Made by a program: the position numbers and the translations under genes. Positions 59,541 to 64,000 of a stretch of 64,000 nucleotides of DNA are shown here, in pieces (the first letter of the stretch is position 1; every line of letters begins with the position of its first letter). Location of the stretch: assembly GCA_963514005.1 (NCBI GenBank), contig OY740781.1:172794001-172858000 (forward strand). The letters are read 5' to 3'. The stretch is from Raja brachyura. Lineage: Eukaryota. The notes under the pieces were generated by a model. The model had not been told where the DNA came from and ran no database searches. It saw only the letters and a list, made by a program, of their open reading frames with translations.

Positions 59541-62389
59541 AGGTATGCTTTGAAACGTAAGTGAAGAGATAGCGTTAATTTTATTCTTGGTGATAATATT
59601 TAAAACTACACGTGCTTGTCTGATTTGGTTGTTGGTCAGGAAGTTGGAGGGAAACGGTATTTTCTCAATATAACTGTTGATGCTTTCATTTGTTGCTGTA
59701 GGCAACTTTAGAATTTCCAGAGAGTGAATATTCCTTATGGAAACATGAAGCTGTACCCGTGTGAGGAAATTCAAATGATCATAAGTACTTTTACATAATT
59801 ATAAGTATTTTGAAATTTTTTAATTTAGCTTTTATAATTTATTTGATAGAATCATAGAGCACAGAAACAGGTGCTAATCATCCATGCTGACCAAGATGCC
59901 CCATCTATGCTAGCTCCATTTGCCAGTGTTTGGCCCATATCCTGCGAACATTCCAATCATGTCCCTGTCCAAATGTCCTGTAAATGTTGTTATTGTACCT
60001 GTCTCAACCTCTTCCTCTGACGGCTCATTCCATATACCCACCTCGATCAGTGTAAAACAAAATATTGCCACTCCAGTTCCTATTAAATCTTTTCTCTTTC
60101 ACCTTTAACCTATGAGACTCTTTGTATTCAATCTATTTACTCCTCTCATGATTGAATACACCTCTATAAGATCGCCCCCTTAGCCTCCTGCTCTCCAAGG
60201 AATAGGAGCGGTGCCTTCCAAATCTCTTTGTATAACTCAAGCCTTTGAATCGTGGTAACATCGTCCACAGCAGCATTCTGAAGGGTATACATCAATGCCT
60301 GTTGAGTCCAGGAAACCCTTGAGGATTGGCAACCTCAGTACCCACAGAACATACAGCCAGAGTTTATTTTTCTGTGGCTGGAGTACCTCCCTTCCTTTCC
60401 CTTTCCAACCTTGCTAAAATGCTAAATTTCCATCCAGGACAACACCCAATTGAAAGAGGTGCTGGTGCATAAAAGCAATGTTATACCTAGAGGATGGCCA
60501 AAATAGTATTTTCTCAACCAAGTCTTTCTTATCATTCTTATATCTTTCTTATATCAGAACCGTGGAAGCAACACACAACAGAGCACCTTGCTTTTTTAGA
60601 AATGTTAATGACATTTAGTCATTTCTGGAAGTTTGTGCATTTTCAAAGGTAATGGCTGACTGTCAAATAATTTTTAGGTTTTTATCTGCAGGCTGTTGTT
60701 CAGTCTCCAATTGCCCCATTCCTCTCCATTATTTCATAGCAGACCATGTCATCACACAGGGCCCTAACTTGGAGAGGCAGTCAAGGTTAAGCAGTGCCAA
60801 GGAGGTTTGAACTTTGCTCAGTGACCGGTGGTGAGCATGAGCATCTTGCTGCTGGTTGCTCACTTTGGGCAAGTGTGGTTCGAGTAAACCAACTTATTTA
60901 CTAGAAGGTTTACCTGCAGATTTCAACATTGGGCAATCACTTTATCGTAGGTGATGTGGACCGTGATAATGAGCATTTCTGCACCGCTTGTCATCTCTCG
61001 TGAAAATTTGACTGCGTACTTCCTGTAACAAGTTATGCTTTCAAGATTCACCTTCATTCTTACCTTGCAGTGCCCAATGCCCTTCTCCCAACATTATGTA
61101 AGACGTCAGCAACATAGACATGTACTCGATTAAAACTACTGAAAATTATTTGGTCTGGTTCAATATGCTTAAGTTTAGTACTAATGCTCCATAGCTATGA
61201 AAGCAATTGATAGAATTTTGTCAAAATAGCTGATTCTAACGTTAACAACACTTCTGTGGCTGCATAAATAACTGGATAAAGTACTAAATCATTTATTAGT
61301 AAGGAAAATATACCACTCTGATTTCCAAATTTTGTAACACCACACTATGGAATTATTCTCGTGGTTGCATAGTTTTCTCCCTTTATCCATATTTAACATA
61401 TTTTCGGATGGTTGGCTGTCCTAAAATAATGATTACCTCCTCAAATTGTGCAAAGTGTTACTGTTAACCATGTCTAATTCGTGCAGAGCAAACTTTGGCT
61501 CTTGACCTAGCAAAGAGCTTACAAGAAGCCCATATCTCAATTTCTTGCCATATCATTGTTATCACCAAGATTGATTTTTTGAATATCCCTGGCATGGAAC
61601 GGAGTTCTATTGAAAACAAGTTATTTGCCCTGGTGCACATGACCTACCGTGCATAAAACCTCATTGTTTCTCTGTCTCTCAATTGGCCATCTTCCCCAAA
61701 ACTTCAACTTAAATACACATGTCATTTACACACGTTCCCTGCTTCATTGATTTATGCAGTTGTGCAACTTTCTCATTAGATTAGCTTGCTCTCTTTCAAA
61801 CCTGGAAAATTGTGTATTTTCTCTATTGTCTTCCATTTCTCCCACACCGGTAGCTAAGACTCCATTCACCAAGCAATCTGTGGACATTTGAATATCTACA
61901 TCTCCAGCCTCTTTTTCAGTCAAGTCCACTGACCTTTTCCAAGATTTTGGAACCAATTGTTTTAGAAATAACTTTCAAACAATCACTTCATCAAAGACGG
62001 CATATGTGTAATCCGCAACTCAAAGCCAGACTTAATAGGTGATGAATGCTTCAGATTGGTGAAGTCAAATCATTCGCCACATTTTAGAAAATAGATTCAT
62101 ATCTTTTCCTGGGATTAGCACAGGCTTGATACCACAAATTGCCACCTGCAGAGAAAATACTGTAAGTATTAAAATCCTGAGTACTTGAGGCAAGCATTTC
62201 ATTCTTCACAATTTATTTTTTGGGGGGGGGGAGTGATAGGTACTTAATAGGTAACATTCTGCTCAGAAGAATTAGTTGCTGTGAATCATGAATACCAAAT
62301 GCTCAAAAAATAACTTCCTTAAAAAATACTTTCAAATTTCCTGCAAAATAGACGGAAACCATAATAGTTCTCATGTCAAATCCTGTCCT

Positions 62390-62635
62390 CAGTTTACCTC
62401 TCTACAATCTATCTGTCACACAAGCCTATTAACATCTCCCTGATTTTCCCACCTGCAACCTGCACAAGGGGCAATTTACAGTAGTCAATTAAGCTACCCC
62501 GCATGTCCTTGGGATGTGGGTGGAAACCACTCATCTTTTGGAGAATGCATAATCACCACACAGAAGTTGCCAAGGTCAGCATTGAACCAGGTCCCTGGAG
62601 CTGTGAGACAGCAGTGCTGCTGTGCCACAGTGTCA
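62390..62635 (-). mobile_element. Degenerate HE1-like SINE
   Basis: ggcaatttacag...gggatgtgggtggaaacc...gattgaacc(a)ggtccctggagctgtgag is the reverse complement of the SINE body and head. Confidence 0.65.
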
Positions 62636-63648
62636 CTCAAATTCTTTTTTTTTCCAGTTAGTTCCCAAACATTTAGATTAAATTGAAAGTTTACTAGCTA
62701 AGTTGCATTATTTGCTGAACTGATTCAAAGCATAAATGCAGAATTGTAGAAACAACATGGATTTGTCTTTTCACTTTTCCGAGCTAGGAAATCCAGGCAA
62801 TTTTCAAATGGGTTTAATTAGGGTTGGATTATATGTAATTTTGTGATTTGAATTAGCCTCCATGACGAACCGAGTTCAGACATGTTATTTAAAGGCACAG
62901 CTGACACATTTCAGAGGAAGGCATTCCACCCGAGAGGTGGATGGAGCCTGAAGTATTGTATTTTTCTGATCTTTCTCTTGCCTGATGCTTGTTTCAAAAT
63001 CATTATTTTTTTTATTGTGTCTGTGTAGGAATGGCAATTGATATAGAAACACAGGTCTTGACCTGTATGGACTTCAATACTTTTGTATCATATCCAAAAC
63101 GTATTTTGAGATCAGAACCTGGTAACTTATAAACGTTTTCAGTGCATCCAAGTAAAGTTTTTCTGCAGATATCAACCTGTTGAAGAGGTCTCAAATTCTA
63201 ATATTCAATAAGCAAGATAAGTTATCCACAGGAAACAAATACTGTCATTTTGAAAAACATCAGTATTAGGTTATTACTGCTGTTATTGCTATTAATCTAC
63301 AATAAATATCAATGGATTTATGTATTAAAAAGTGGAATATGAAGGGGCAAGATTCCAGTGATCATTCAGAACCCTATTACAGAGCCAGTTTTTTAAACTA
63401 TATATTTTTATGTATCCCTGCACTTTTTCAACTTAATTAGCAGGTGAGTAAAATGTAGCAAGAAACCAATCCATTCTGTCCCTGATCAGATTTGACTCAC
63501 TGCCACTCTAAATTATTGTCAATAAGTACACCCAAAACCAAAGAGGGTTATATTAATTAGAGTAGGTGATGGCACTGGTGACATATCCAGATTCATATCT
63601 GTTATTTTAAATTGAGGCCTGAGTGGGATGGGCACAGTGCTGTCCTTG

Positions 63649-63706
63649 CCATCCCGAACTGCATGCATCAGAAACTCTCCATCCAAAACTGCCTGCATCA
63701 GAAACT
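63649..63706. repeat. 30-bp tandem duplication
   Basis: ccatcccgaactgcatgcatcagaaact / ccatccaaaactgcctgcatcagaaact. Confidence 0.8.
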
Positions 63707-64000
63707 AATCCCATTTTCTTAATTTTCCTTTTACAGTTACAGGCAAATTAGCGGATGTAGGACTGTTCCTATGGTCCCTCTGCCCTAGCTTGGGTCACCC
63801 CTGGCTGGCTTTGTCCCCTCAGCGAGTAGAGGATTCCCATATGCTGATCCTTCTCATCAGATTGGTCCTTCTCCTTCCCCAGTTCCAATATCATTCCTGG
63901 CTATGCACAATTCCTATCAATGTCTCTTATGTTTTGGGTGAAGAAGTTGATAGGAGGCATGCTAATGAGGCTTGGCATTAGTCATTAGTTAACTGAAGTC

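Noticed and set aside
45191-64000. HHIP exon 5 (GGDERGLLSLAFHP...)
   Set aside because: No matching translation seen in the ORF track or by eye. The acceptor-like site at ~60691 is not followed by HHIP sequence; the exon is presumably downstream of the window.

Overview
Vertebrate genomic DNA, about 40% GC. The repeat content (HER1/CR1 LINEs, HE1-type SINEs, SacSINE1/DeuSINE remnants) points to a cartilaginous fish, probably a skate or ray; this assignment is inferred. The only host gene is HHIP (Hedgehog-interacting protein) on the + strand: a GC-rich promoter/5'UTR at ~22.5-23.6 kb and coding exons 1-4 at 23648-23914, 34169-34364, 37840-37996 and 44989-45190. All have GT-AG junctions and compatible phases; exon 5 was not found and is presumably beyond the window. 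The rest is intergenic/intronic DNA rich in CR1, Rex1/Babar, RTE and Penelope-like (PLE) retroelements, PIF/Harbinger MITEs and one 1-kb TIR element, with a 228-N gap. Most notable: (1) more than 10 dispersed PLE-derived insertions, several forming perfect hairpins with 10-15 bp target-site duplications (TSDs), carry a minimal type-I hammerhead ribozyme motif (CUGAAGA-A-GGGUCUCGACCC-GAAAC-GUC), with intact copies in the HHIP sense strand; (2) two CR1 insertions landed at almost the same spot in that PLE terminus; (3) a GLI-site cluster lies in the repeat-poor intron 2; (4) there is a ~285-bp dispersed duplication, an old long inverted repeat, and a decayed 27-bp (9-aa) periodic relic. Most short ORFs in the supplied track are TE fragments or spurious. 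Coordinates of degenerate repeats are approximate, and comparisons to human HHIP and repeat consensi are from recall, not searches.
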